A DNA stretch of 64,000 bases, taken from sequence record PQ464590.1, one strand, 5' to 3'. The notes under the pieces were generated by a model. It ran no database searches. It had not been told where the DNA came from and saw only the letters and a program-made list of their open reading frames with translations. Both the position numbers and the translations under genes were made by a program. Below are positions 1 through 10,312 of the stretch, in pieces (position 1 is the stretch's first letter; every line of letters starts with the position of its first letter).

Positions 1-152
1 AGCATTACCCGCCTTTACTAAGCAAAAAAATTTTGCATAGGGATCAAATAAAAATTTTAGAAAAGTCAAGGTATCCCTTACTCAACTAATAATTGAATGG
101 GATATAATTTGACTCGTCTAAAATTTCAGTACTGAACAATTTCAATCATTCA

Positions 153-365
153 TTATTCATCACGCAGATGAATGGTCACGCCGCTGCCGCCATAGTCCAG
201 GTGTACAGTGCCGCCTACCCGTGCCGCTGCCAGCTTGTTGCGTAGTGTACGCTGTGCCTTGTCGCTTAGGGCTAGCTGTCCTAACACGATACGCTGTACC
301 TCTTCAGTACTGTCAGTACGTCCTACAACGCTCCCTAACACGCCCTCGATAATGTATACTGTCAT
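153..365 (-). CDS. hypothetical protein
   Basis: ORF track 153..392; start moved to the ATG at 365, which follows a GAGG RBS. Confidence 0.6.
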   Translation of the reverse strand: MTVYIIEGVLGSVVGRTDSTEEVQRIVLGQLALSDKAQRTLRNKLAAARVGGTVHLDYGGSGVTIHLRDE

Positions 366-431
366 AGTACTATCCTCATATGATAAAGCCACCAGCAGTG
401 TGCTAGTGGCCTTGTAGTTAATGCTTACAGC

Positions 432-830
432 TTAGAACCCAAAGGCTTTAGCTGCTGCGTTACGCAGAGCAATCTCGTTGAGTACTTTACCCAACTGTTC
501 AGGGTTGATAATGTATTGTTCCATAGCCTCACGTACTGTACCACTAAAGGAACCAAAACCAGTACGGATGATGGTGATCTGGTCCAGACCAGTGATGTGC
601 ATACCTGCAACCTTCTCGGTCACGAACACAGCATCAATGCTGTATTCATTGTTGCCGTCATTGAAGTTCTCAATGCTGACAGTCTGGTTAGCTGCCCATG
701 CCATACACTCGCAGATAGTGCGGGTCGCTCCGGTTGATACGGTGCGGTTGTCCATCGCGTATCGAAGAGCATCAACACCAAAGGTGTTAGCAACGGCAAC
801 AACATCAGAGAAATGATTTAATGTGAACAT
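432..830 (-). CDS. hypothetical early protein
   Basis: AGGAG RBS before ATG 830; promoter TTGCAA-N16-TATAAT at 885-912. Confidence 0.75.
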   Translation of the reverse strand: MFTLNHFSDVVAVANTFGVDALRYAMDNRTVSTGATRTICECMAWAANQTVSIENFNDGNNEYSIDAVFVTEKVAGMHITGLDQITIIRTGFGSFSGTVREAMEQYIINPEQLGKVLNEIALRNAAAKAFGF

Positions 831-924
831 GGTGTATCTCCTGGTAATCTGAGGGAGAACCATTTCCCCCTCTCGATGTAAACAATTATACAGTACTAAA
901 CATTCATTGCAAGTGTTTTTTCAA

Positions 925-1008
925 AGTATTTTTTACTGTTCATTTGTACAGTACTAATCCACCAGCTACACTTCCGCACCCTGTGGGCTTGAGCATTGTT
1001 CTTGCTAT
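925..1008 (-). ncRNA. CCCACAGGGTGC element copy 1
   Basis: Core 976-987; H1 AGC/GCT; promoter TTGACA-17-TATTAT at 1015-1043; ends approximate. Confidence 0.55.
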
Positions 1009-2449
1009 GTACTAATAATAGCAAAGGGGCTGAACGATGTCAACCCCTTATTAATTAAACTAAACAATTGATATTGTTTACAGTACTGCTACTCTCTTCC
1101 TCTTCCCACTCTTTGAAGTACTTCACCGCATCATAGTATGTGTGGTTAACTTCTTTCTTGTGCTCGTCTGATAGTGCTTTATAATCATCGCGAGCGTGCA
1201 GGGAGTGAATAGGGAGCTTACTTGCTGCCAGGTCCGCTGCGTCACGGATGAGGTTCTGTACAACGGTTGGCATGTCTTCAAAATTCATTTCATAATCTCC
1301 GCTTGCAAATCGTCTGCACCTGCTTTATGGTGCTCCAGTACTTCACTACGTTGCCAGTAGTCAAGCGACTTCAGGAGTATACTATCATCCGGTGTCAGTA
1401 CTGTCAAGCCTTTACCGATATTATAAAAGCGTGCTTTGAGTGCATCGAGATCAATCTGAATCATTATGCTATCCTATCGTATTGAATCATTATCTGTTGA
1501 ATGTACAGGGCTAGTGAGCCGTCCTGTATCGATGAGGCCACCAGCAAGGCGGCCAGGATAAAGATCATTCCAGCGGGGATTCTCATTCGATAGTCTCACG
1601 CTGCCACAACCGGCGGACTGAGTCATGGTTAGCCAGTGCAGTGAGAGAGTTTTCGTGAACCATTGCCAGTGCTTCACTGCTGAAGGTTGTCCCTGGCTGA
1701 TAGTATACGTGATTGTTATCGTCAATGAAAACAACATCGAACGGGCGAGCGGCAGAGTCAGACCATTTGCGGGTTTCGAATCGAGCCATTATACTATCTC
1801 CAGGTGAGTGGGAAGAGGTGATTCTCTTCCCTATGCAAATGATTATACAGTACTGTTACGCCTTGTCAAGCTCTGCGTCAGTAAAAACAAAACTTTTAAT
1901 ACGTTCTGTTACTTTGCCAGTACTGTCAAGATCTTCCACCGCTACGAAGTAATCCAGTAGATGATCATGTAACAGGTCGATGTAATCCAGTGCGTCAAGA
2001 TCGTCTTGACATGGTTTGAAGAAGGGCATAATGTGTGCAAACTCTTCCGCGAGATCTTCCATCTGGAATACGTGGGCTACAGTTACGCCGCTATTAGTTA
2101 CTCGATGGGCATGGACACGTGCTGCTAAAGTAATCATGGTATATCCTCGTTAAGCGGGGATAGTTGTTACCCCCTATGCAAATGATTATACAGTACTATC
2201 GATTGTTGTCAATACTTTTGATCACCATCTTGCAATATAACTCTAGGGCTACCAGGATGCTTCCTGTGGTTGTTTTGGTTCTACCCTGGCGAACGACATA
2301 GGCATCACCATCACGTTTTAGAGTGACATCATTATACTGCTTCAATGGTGGATTGTACTGTTTGGACTTACTGGACATTCTAAACCTCTCTATTTTACGA
2401 GATCAATTATTGATCAATCTTTGATGGAAGTCAAGTTATATTTGATCAT

Positions 2450-2508
2450 TTCTTGATCAATATATTTTAGATACATTTGTGCACCCTGTGGGTTAGCTTG
2501 TTTCTATG
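2450..2508 (-). ncRNA. CCCACAGGGTGC element copy 2
   Basis: Core 2481-2492; H1 TAG/CTA; promoter 2515-2543; ends approximate. Confidence 0.5.
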
Positions 2509-2554
2509 GGATCTATAATAGCAAAGGGGCTAACCGAAGTCAACCCCTTGTATA

Positions 2555-2983
2555 TTAAATGTATGAGAAATTTGGCTGTACTTTTTTCATTTCTTCTTTA
2601 GGATCTAGTCCTGATTCTATGATAGCACTGTACCATTGTTTAAACTCGTTAAACTCTGCAAACTTGTTACCTCGTAGGTTGTTACATCTACGGCAAACTG
2701 CTTTGACGTTTACTGCGTCACGTGTACCTCCTAAGCTCCTTAACAAGTCATGCTCTACTGTTAGTTTTTGGGAGAAGTCGAAAGTATATACACTAATCCG
2801 TTTCTTAACTGTACCAGATGCTACAACCGCTTTATAACCGCAGCAGTGGCATCGATTACCATCACGAGCCATTGCATTGATGATAGCTAGACTACCTGAA
2901 CTAATAATAATATCATGCTTAGTCGCGTATAAACGTTCTGACGCTTCATTAAAATCATCACCATCTTTGTACAGTACTTTCAT
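2555..2983 (-). CDS. HNH endonuclease-like protein
   Basis: CHCCG ... TVEHD ... GG ... N ... VCRRCNNLRGNK fits the His-Me finger/HNH pattern. Confidence 0.8.
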   Translation of the reverse strand: MKVLYKDGDDFNEASERLYATKHDIIISSGSLAIINAMARDGNRCHCCGYKAVVASGTVKKRISVYTFDFSQKLTVEHDLLRSLGGTRDAVNVKAVCRRCNNLRGNKFAEFNEFKQWYSAIIESGLDPKEEMKKVQPNFSYI

Positions 2984-3068
2984 CTTTTGAACCTCTTAAT
3001 CATCGTTTAATAGATAATAGCAAAGGGGCTAACCGAAGTCAACCCCTTGTATAAACTTTTCAGTACTG

Positions 3069-3659
3069 TTATCTTAGTAGCTCACGCTTCACGCGGCGGC
3101 GATCTGACAGTCCGTAATGCTGGAAGATGGTACGCTTTGATAATCCAAAGTCTAGCATCTTCACACAACCATTTGCAGACATCCCCAGGTTACGAATATG
3201 CATATCAGTAGCATTGACGTAGTTCAAGTGATAGTCCAGTACTTCAACTGCTTTATAATGCAGGTAAGCCTTACGCTGTGCTTTTGTGAGGTTGTTCCTG
3301 AACCGTACAGCAAAGAGATCATTTGCATACTTGCGGCGACCTGTGAACTGTGTTTCAAGACGTTCCATTACGATAAAGTAATCTTTGTAATGGCAAAGGT
3401 TAACATAGATCTTTGCAAAGTATTTCTTCCACCCTGCGAAATCATAGTCCAGCATATGCCATACGCGGATTTCGTTTTCATTCTGTTCTACGCCAGCATG
3501 ACCCAGGGCGATCTTAATTACTAACTTATCGTTAATCGCGAACACTACTCGACAGGAGCCATTACCAATCTTCTGTAGACCAGCAGCCTCGCAAGCCTTG
3601 ATCATTTCTCGATTGCTCATATCTTCCAGTGATTCTAAGAATTTACGATAGTGTTTCAT
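3069..3659 (-). CDS. protein kinase-like (ePK/APH fold)
   Basis: Gly loop IGNGSCRVVF, VIKIA lysine, MERL hinge, DMHIRN catalytic loop, DFG. Confidence 0.8.
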   Translation of the reverse strand: MKHYRKFLESLEDMSNREMIKACEAAGLQKIGNGSCRVVFAINDKLVIKIALGHAGVEQNENEIRVWHMLDYDFAGWKKYFAKIYVNLCHYKDYFIVMERLETQFTGRRKYANDLFAVRFRNNLTKAQRKAYLHYKAVEVLDYHLNYVNATDMHIRNLGMSANGCVKMLDFGLSKRTIFQHYGLSDRRRVKRELLR

Positions 3660-4029
3660 TTGTTTAGTTCCTTTGCTTAAGTGATGAAAAGAGTATACAG
3701 TACTAATCAGTTTAATGCAATAGCCGAGAGTGCAGAAACTTCATTATAATGTACTTTATTGTTAACAGTACTGTAAACGCGTGCTTTACCATTCTCAATG
3801 ATAACCTTTGCAGTATGATCCTTTGAAACCATGATGATAGTTTCTTCAGTACTGAATCGAGATACAACAAAACCCAATGAAACAATTTCATTTAGAGTTT
3901 TAGCAGAGGACGCCTGGATCAGTGTGTTAGTAGTAGATGGCATTTCGTTATTCCTTAATATTGTGTACTTCGTTTCGATGGGTACATAATACTAAAAGGG
4001 TTGAACCACGTCAACCCTTTATTTTCTCT

Positions 4030-4398
4030 TTATTTGCGTTTACAATCCACCAGCCCCGAAACGATTACTTTTGATTCATCGCGAATAGTAACCGAGCCTT
4101 TGTTTGTGATTTCGTTCACACGAATAGTAGTACTGCCCGTGGCGTCCTCTTCGTGCCAGATCAGATCTTTACCCTGGCGTTGATAATCGTCGTATAATGC
4201 AATCTGCTCCTGTACTGCTGCCCCTGTACTCTCTACAGTCATATTGAGCGTGCAAACCTTCTTTGGCTTGGGTGTGCCAGTACTGAAAGTACTACCATAA
4301 CGATCCGCCATCTGCTGTTCAAAGGATAGTGACGCGTTCGCGTTGAAGGTGATAGCTGCCAGCAGGGACGCGATAGACACAAGTTTATATTTTTGCAT
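4030..4398 (-). CDS. exported hypothetical protein
   Basis: Signal peptide-like N-terminus ending ANA-S. Confidence 0.65.
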   Translation of the reverse strand: MQKYKLVSIASLLAAITFNANASLSFEQQMADRYGSTFSTGTPKPKKVCTLNMTVESTGAAVQEQIALYDDYQRQGKDLIWHEEDATGSTTIRVNEITNKGSVTIRDESKVIVSGLVDCKRK

Positions 4399-5061
4399 GT
4401 TAATCTTCCTGTGAGTTTATACAGTACTGAGCCAGTTGCTCAATTGTTTGGCCTTGCTCGTGTAGTGTTACCAGTTCAAAGGCTATCTGTGAACAATGGT
4501 ACACTACTGCTTTGCTTGCGTCAAGTCGTTTTAATTCCTTGACTACTTCTTGATACACGTTCAAAGTTTCTTACTTGCTCCAACGATGATTAGATTTAAC
4601 AGCATCGATAGTACTGGATGTTTCGCATAACCTGGGCGTAACTTCTTAGCCTCAATGATTGTGCGTGCTGCCTCTTCACGGTTTAGCTTATCCAGTACTA
4701 ATTGTACATTTGTCATCTGTGCTGAACCTTCAGCCATTTTATAACGTTTACCCTGAACAATAACAGAATGATAAGTAACGGTTGACATCTTCGATCCCTT
4801 TAGTTTAAGTTATCGCATTAAAGGATCTCCTTACAATTCGTGTACTTGATTTTATAGTACTGGTGAATATTACGAAATTCATAAATGAATGACGTGATGT
4901 TAGCTTGCAGGTCATCAAAGTCCTGACCTTCTACGATGTGTTGTGACTCTTCGTAATTGTCCTCTCCTGGCTTTAAGCCTTTGAGGGTGATTTGTACTTT
5001 CATTGTTTACCCTCCTTTGCTTCAGTACTGACATCTTAACATATCCACGGCCCATGTCAAC

Positions 5062-5131
5062 TGGTTATTTGTACAGTACTTTTAATTTGTTTATTTCTGT
5101 GCACCCTGTGGGCTGCGGCTTATCTGCCAAT
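5062..5131 (-). ncRNA. CCCACAGGGTGC element copy 3
   Basis: Core 5101-5112; H1 GGC/GCC; promoter 5138-5166; ends approximate. Confidence 0.55.
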
Positions 5132-5190
5132 GACTATATAATAGCAAAAGGGTTAACCGAAGTCAACCCTGTTTATTTGTACAGTACTAA

Positions 5191-5544
5191 TTAATTTACT
5201 TGATTAGTTTCGCCGGTTTTGCGATTGTAGATACACTTTGCTTCACCGAGTTTTTTGGCATCAAAGGCTAACAGTGCTTCTTGTTCGGAGCTTGCCTTGA
5301 TGATTACAGAATCTTCAGCATAACGGGCATCATCGGCTGGTTTATAAGTGATGGCGTATTCTACTACGTCAAAGAAAACATCTACAGCAGCTTGCAAGCG
5401 GTCCAGTTCTTCCGCCAGTTTGCGGAGTTGTTCAGGTGAGATCTTCTCACTGTACAGCGTAGCGTAAACACCTTCAGGTGAACCCACCAGCGTAACATCA
5501 TGACCAGCTAACAGAGCTTCGCGAGTTAAAGGAGATTTAGACAT
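5191..5544 (-). CDS. hypothetical protein
   Basis: Start reassigned to MSKSPL; promoter at ~5588-5616. Confidence 0.65.
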   Translation of the reverse strand: MSKSPLTREALLAGHDVTLVGSPEGVYATLYSEKISPEQLRKLAEELDRLQAAVDVFFDVVEYAITYKPADDARYAEDSVIIKASSEQEALLAFDAKKLGEAKCIYNRKTGETNQVN

Positions 5545-5633
5545 TTTGCAATTCCTTATTAAGTTGGGCTGTCGCACTATTGCCGCCCTATGAAACTAAT
5601 TATACAGTACTGTACTGTAAACGCAAGTACTTT

Positions 5634-5876
5634 TTAACGCTGATTCACAAAAAGATTATACTTCTCATGAGTCATTAGATGTAGATCTTCCCCGTCTATT
5701 ACGATACGATCTGTGCGGGATACTTCCAGTACTGAAAACAGCCCATTAGACAGCTTACGCGGCGTTGTGCGGCCTTCAACGTAATCAGTAGCCATCTGTA
5801 CAGCCTTTTGCAAAAGCTTTGCCTGTGGCTTGCCGTGCACCTTCATACATCGGTTGCCGATCTGGATCTTCTTCAT
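5634..5876 (-). CDS. small basic protein, possible RelE/ParE-like fold
   Basis: 80 aa; RKL..G..SVL.V....RIV.....LMTHEKYN pattern recalled from ParE-like phage proteins. Confidence 0.35.
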   Translation of the reverse strand: MKKIQIGNRCMKVHGKPQAKLLQKAVQMATDYVEGRTTPRKLSNGLFSVLEVSRTDRIVIDGEDLHLMTHEKYNLFVNQR

Positions 5877-5925
5877 GTTTTATGTTCTCTTAAAGGTTTG
5901 GGAGGGTTTCCCCTCCCTGGTTAGA

Positions 5926-6426
5926 TTAGATTGCTACGCGACGTTTGACCAGTACTGGAATCACCGCACCTTTGCGATCTTTGTACTCTTCGTGCACATT
6001 ACGCACGATTGACGCTGGGCGAGGGAGTTCAGCTTGTTTGATGTCCAGTGCTGCGAATGCTTCACGCAGGGCATCAGTGGTGCTTTGTGCTGGAATGATT
6101 ACAGCATCTTCATCCAGTTCTGCAAGTACAGCGTTCAATTCATCAGCATTGTCCAGTTCTGCTACAGTTGCCGTTTCTTTCACAGGCCATGATTTAGGCA
6201 TGTTCAATGCTTCGGTCAAGCCGTCGATCAGCTTCTTATCTTCAGCAGTTGGGACATTCATTTCTACCGCTTTGCACGCCGCGATAACGTCTGACAGTTC
6301 TTTAAACTCAACCGCCCAACGTTCACCTTTAGGAGCATCTTTGCCCATGTCTTTGAAGGTTTCACCTTCTTCACGTGCAACGATTCGGGCAGCTTCACGG
6401 GTAGCAAAGAATTTGATAGTAGACAT
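5926..6426 (-). CDS. hypothetical early protein
   Basis: 166-aa ORF with GAGG RBS and own promoter cassette at ~6470-6522. Confidence 0.8.
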   Translation of the reverse strand: MSTIKFFATREAARIVAREEGETFKDMGKDAPKGERWAVEFKELSDVIAACKAVEMNVPTAEDKKLIDGLTEALNMPKSWPVKETATVAELDNADELNAVLAELDEDAVIIPAQSTTDALREAFAALDIKQAELPRPASIVRNVHEEYKDRKGAVIPVLVKRRVAI

Positions 6427-6519
6427 TTGGTAGTTCCTCTGTTTAGTTAATGTGTCGTCTTGATGAAAGTAATTATGCCAGTACTATCAAACGTTGTCAA
6501 TAGTACTGAGTAATTATTT

Positions 6520-6627
6520 TTAACCGATGTTCAAACACATTACAATTGCCAGTACTGCCACTGCTGCTACCTGGATTCGATTGATCTTGATAGCTTTGAT
6601 TTCGCTGTTTCGAATTGCTTGTTTCAT
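6520..6627 (-). CDS. 35-aa membrane peptide (below ORF-track cutoff)
   Basis: MKQAIRNSEIKAIKINRIQVAAVAVLAIVMCLNIG; GGAG RBS; its stop codon is the start of the next promoter cassette. Confidence 0.55.
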   Translation of the reverse strand: MKQAIRNSEIKAIKINRIQVAAVAVLAIVMCLNIG

Positions 6628-6714
6628 TTTTGTTTACTCCGTTGTGTTGTCTTGATGTAATACAGTATACAGTACTGAATGATGAATGCAAGTACTTTCT
6701 GAAAATAATTTCTC

Positions 6715-6790
6715 TTTTCTTCTGTACTTCTATCCCTTAAACTCAGGACGGATTTGTGCACCCTTGAGGGTTAGACCATTTCACTGGATT
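6715..6790 (-). ncRNA. CCCACAGGGTGC element copy 4 (loop variant CCC-TCAA-GGG)
   Basis: Core 6758-6770; H1 CCA/TGG; promoter TTGACA..CATAAT at ~6797-6828; ends approximate. Confidence 0.5.
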
Positions 6791-6845
6791 GAATACATTA
6801 TGCCAAAAAAGAGGGAGACTGTCAAGCCTCCCATTTGTAAAGATT

Positions 6846-7220
6846 TTACTGGTTTTCGATTTGTTCTTTCTGATAGTCTGTCAGTACTAACATGATTTCG
6901 GCAAACTCCAGTACTTTACCGCTAGACACTTCCACTTCCCCAGGGTAGCATTCAAAGTTTTCGTAGTGATCTTTACAGAAGGAATAAACTTCATCGTTTT
7001 CGATGTCCAGTTCGATCTCTTCATCCAGTTCGAACATCGCCCATTCAGTATGGTAATGACCATCGTTCAGGCGTTCAAGTAAAACGTTGACCATTTCAAC
7101 TTGTACCAGGTTATCACCAACCCACTTACTTACCAGTTGTGGTTCGTCCATTTCCAGTACTGCACAGGATTTACCGTTGTGGATGATTACGTCAGTGATT
7201 TTGAGTTCTGAACCTAACAT
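6846..7220 (-). CDS. acidic hypothetical protein
   Basis: GAGAG RBS before ATG 7220; promoter at 7273-7300. Confidence 0.7.
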   Translation of the reverse strand: MLGSELKITDVIIHNGKSCAVLEMDEPQLVSKWVGDNLVQVEMVNVLLERLNDGHYHTEWAMFELDEEIELDIENDEVYSFCKDHYENFECYPGEVEVSSGKVLEFAEIMLVLTDYQKEQIENQ

Positions 7221-7303
7221 GATATATTCTCTCTTAATAGTGGGGAGAGTCATTCTCTCCCCTATGCCAGCCATTATACAGTACTGGCGTATGGTGTCAA
7301 CAA

Positions 7304-8158
7304 TTATTTGATGTTCAGACCAGTGATGGAACTGTTAGGCACAACCGTAGTAGGAGTGATGCCGTTCCACTTTTCCGCGAATGTTAGCTCAACCAGTGCA
7401 GGGTTATCACGTAGTGCTTTACCTTTAGCATTGATTGCTTCAGCTTCTGCTAGACCTTTAGCACGGATTGCCGCTGCTTCAGCATTTGCCATTTTCTCAC
7501 GCTCATATGCTGCCGCATCTGCACGAGTTTTGGTAATGTCAGCGTCGATCTTTTCCTTTTCCCAGGACTGTTGACGTTTAGTTACTTCAATTTCTTCAGC
7601 CATACGAGATTCAATTTTTTCATCGTAAGCTTTAGAGAAAGAAATATCTTCCACTTCAACGCCGTCAATAATTACAATACCGTCTGGAATAGAATCGCTA
7701 ATAGCCTTGCGTAGTGCTGCAACTAAATCCGCACGTTTCTGAATAGCTGATTCAGCGTTGAATTGACCGAATACAGTTTCCAGGCGTCCCAGTGCTAAAC
7801 GGTCAACTACAGCCGCGTTTAGTCCTGCTACGTCATGATACTTGCGATATACGTCCAGTACTTTACCCGCAGGGATATGATAGGTTACACTAAAGCCCAT
7901 CGTTGCCGCTTGCTGGTCACGGGAATAAGCTGAACGCTCACCATAGGTACGGGTCTGTGACTGTACGCTAATTTCATTCACAGAGTCCACAAAAGGAGCC
8001 TTGAACGCAAAACCAGGTTCAGCAGTGCCAATAACCGCACCGTTACGAGTGATCACGCCACGAGAACCTTCTTCAACTGTATACGCTGAAGAGATACCGA
8101 CCGCAACCAGAATTAGTACTAGGAAGATCCCCAGGATGCCTTTGATAGAAATTTCCAT
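7304..8158 (-). CDS. SPFH/band-7 (prohibitin/HflC-like) membrane protein
   Basis: N-terminal TM helix; YTVEEG.RGVITRNG, GFAFKAPFVDSV, AIEAKM-like segment, Ala/Glu coiled coil, KWNG tail. Confidence 0.9.
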   Translation of the reverse strand: MEISIKGILGIFLVLILVAVGISSAYTVEEGSRGVITRNGAVIGTAEPGFAFKAPFVDSVNEISVQSQTRTYGERSAYSRDQQAATMGFSVTYHIPAGKVLDVYRKYHDVAGLNAAVVDRLALGRLETVFGQFNAESAIQKRADLVAALRKAISDSIPDGIVIIDGVEVEDISFSKAYDEKIESRMAEEIEVTKRQQSWEKEKIDADITKTRADAAAYEREKMANAEAAAIRAKGLAEAEAINAKGKALRDNPALVELTFAEKWNGITPTTVVPNSSITGLNIK

Positions 8159-8324
8159 TCTTTCCCCTTATTAGAGTATAATTGCAATTGCTCATTATGA
8201 GCACGGACAGATTGAATCGCCTCAATAAATTCTATTTGAGACTTTTCTTTCTTAAAATTATTAGTACTGTTATTCAGTACTGAATTAATAGGAGTAATCA
8301 TTTCTTTTATTCCTAAATTAAAAA

Positions 8325-8346
8325 GCTGGTGGGTTAAACCACCAGC
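8325..8346. terminator. intrinsic terminator whose stem is an inverted Chi pair
   Basis: GCTGGTGG-GTTAAA-CCACCAGC, followed by TTTTT on the minus strand, directly after the stop of ORF 8353..8712. Confidence 0.75.
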
Positions 8347-8352
8347 ATTATA

Positions 8353-8712
8353 TTATTTCTTTACCTGAACACAGGAGCCAGTATATTTTCCAATTACTTG
8401 TTTATCTTTATAGATATAAGCAATTGCACCAAGCTTACCTGATTCATTCTTCATAACACCCAATTTATCAATAACCAGGGTTACATCTGAACTATCACCG
8501 ATAGGATAGATAAACATTTCTTGTCCCATCCCGATCAACTGATATTTCGTGTATTGCGTTTCATCAGTGACGGTTTCTACGTCTTGCCCGTTCACGTCGA
8601 TGTTACACTTGTACATCGGCCAGGCTTGATCTTTGATAGCTTCAGTGATAGGATTGTTAGCCAGTACTGAAGTACTAAAGAGCAATGCCCCTAACAAGAA
8701 TGCTCGTTTCAT
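8353..8712 (-). CDS. exported hypothetical protein
   Basis: Signal peptide MKRAFLLGALLFSTSVLA-N. Confidence 0.7.
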   Translation of the reverse strand: MKRAFLLGALLFSTSVLANNPITEAIKDQAWPMYKCNIDVNGQDVETVTDETQYTKYQLIGMGQEMFIYPIGDSSDVTLVIDKLGVMKNESGKLGAIAYIYKDKQVIGKYTGSCVQVKK

Positions 8713-8872
8713 AATGCCTTTACCGCCTTTACGATGTCTTTGACTGAACGGTTAGCATACACCATTACTTCGATCATTGCAATGGCTTTTGGTGAAACAT
8801 TGCCAACTTTATTCAGTACTGCTTCAAATACCTGGTCTTGCTTGCTCATGATAGTACTCTCGTTTAGATTAA

Positions 8873-8948
8873 GGGTCGGGGCTGAGTGGATTCGAACCAC
8901 ACTTATTCAGTACTCGAACTGTTCTACCTGTTGAACTATCTAGCCCCG
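8873..8948 (-). tRNA. non-canonical tRNA-like element (76 nt; possible mimic or pseudogene)
   Basis: D-arm GTTC-AACAGGTA-GAAC; T-arm GTGG-TTCGAAT-CCAC; acceptor CGGGGCT/AGCCCCG; degenerate anticodon arm GTTC-GAGTACT-GAAT; ends ACCC. Confidence 0.7.
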
Positions 8949-10216
8949 ATGTAATACATCTTACTCTTCGTCGTCGCCGTTGTCAAGCGAAACATCAAAC
9001 AAATTTAAAATTTCGTGTCTGTGCTGGAGTAGAAATTCTGTGATCGCGATGTTATCATAAGGCGATAAGCCAGTGTTAGGACGTTCAGCACGGACAGTAC
9101 TGATCATTTTACCAACGAGATTATTAATCTCTTCCTCGTTCGCTTCAATGGCTTTCTTTGCTGAATCGTACAGCTTGCCTTTGTATTCGAATTTGGTAAC
9201 AGGTCGAATCTTTGCCATTTCTTTTTCCTCTTAAGGGTTAGGGTACTTCAGTACTGGAATACTGTTTCCCCTGGGGTGTGGCTGGTTACTTGACTTGATT
9301 GATTATACAGTACTGGCTAATGATGTCAATACCTTTTACATGAAATCGATCAGACCCATGTTAGATGCAATTTCGACGGCCTGGACTTTATCAGCGTCAA
9401 CTGGTACAAGATGTTTAAACGTCAACGCCAGATCACCGCAGAAGTAATAGAACGTGTTTTCGTTATAGGTGCAACGTTCGCCAGCGTCCTCAACCTCATC
9501 GCTATGGAAGAAAGGCATCCCTTCGTTGAAAACATATGCAACCGCGAGATCGATGTTATCCGCACGTACCAGGCGTTTAACAGTTTCGGTGTACTCACCC
9601 TGGCGAGCTTCCATAGTACAAACAAACAGGTTCAGGCCAGTAGCTTCGGTCATGGTTACGTTAGACATAATTTAATTCCTTAATGGTTGGTTAGTGTCGT
9701 TTCAATAAAGTTATTATGCCAGTACTATCAATCTATGTCAATAGTACTGGAGTAAAACTTTATGCGGTTTTCTTCTCTATAGTTACGTAAGTACTAAGAC
9801 CCGCGTACCAGTCTTTAAAGCCACGGCATTTACGCCCCGCTTCCTGGATGCTAACATAGAATGTGCCTGGCTCGCGTTCTCCGTTGTCAACTTCGGCGGT
9901 GAGTTTGGTAATGGCTTCAGTCAGTGCTACCTGGCAAGCCGCAACGTTTTTGACATCGTTAAAGATAGTACCGCAGAAGTTAGGAGTACCGTTGTAACGC
10001 ACACGAACGAAACCATCGGATACTTCACAGTTACGGAAAGAGATTTTGAGATCCATGTTAATTCACCTTAATGTTTGAGAGTAGAACCATTTCCCCTCTC
10101 GATGTAAACAATTATACAGTAATGAAGATCTATTGCAAGCATTATTTTAAAATATTCAGTACTTTTATTTGAATCTTTTCGCTTGACATACAACGCCAGT
10201 ACTGTATAATTAGTAC

Positions 10217-10312
10217 ATAAGCCGGACACAAGGCACTAACCCACAGGGTGCGGAAATGTATCTATAGGTTATAGTACTGTACAAATAAACAGGGGGAATT
10301 GCAGTTCCCCCT
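10217..10312 (+). ncRNA. CCCACAGGGTGC element copy 5 (stand-alone small RNA candidate)
   Basis: Promoter 10183-10210; core 10240-10251; terminator-like hairpin 10291-10312; no ORF; opposite to flanking genes. Confidence 0.7.

Noticed and set aside
8873-8948. Functional tRNA-Tyr(GTA)
   Set aside because: 4-bp anticodon stem, no U33, bulged and extended acceptor stem, and no CCA.
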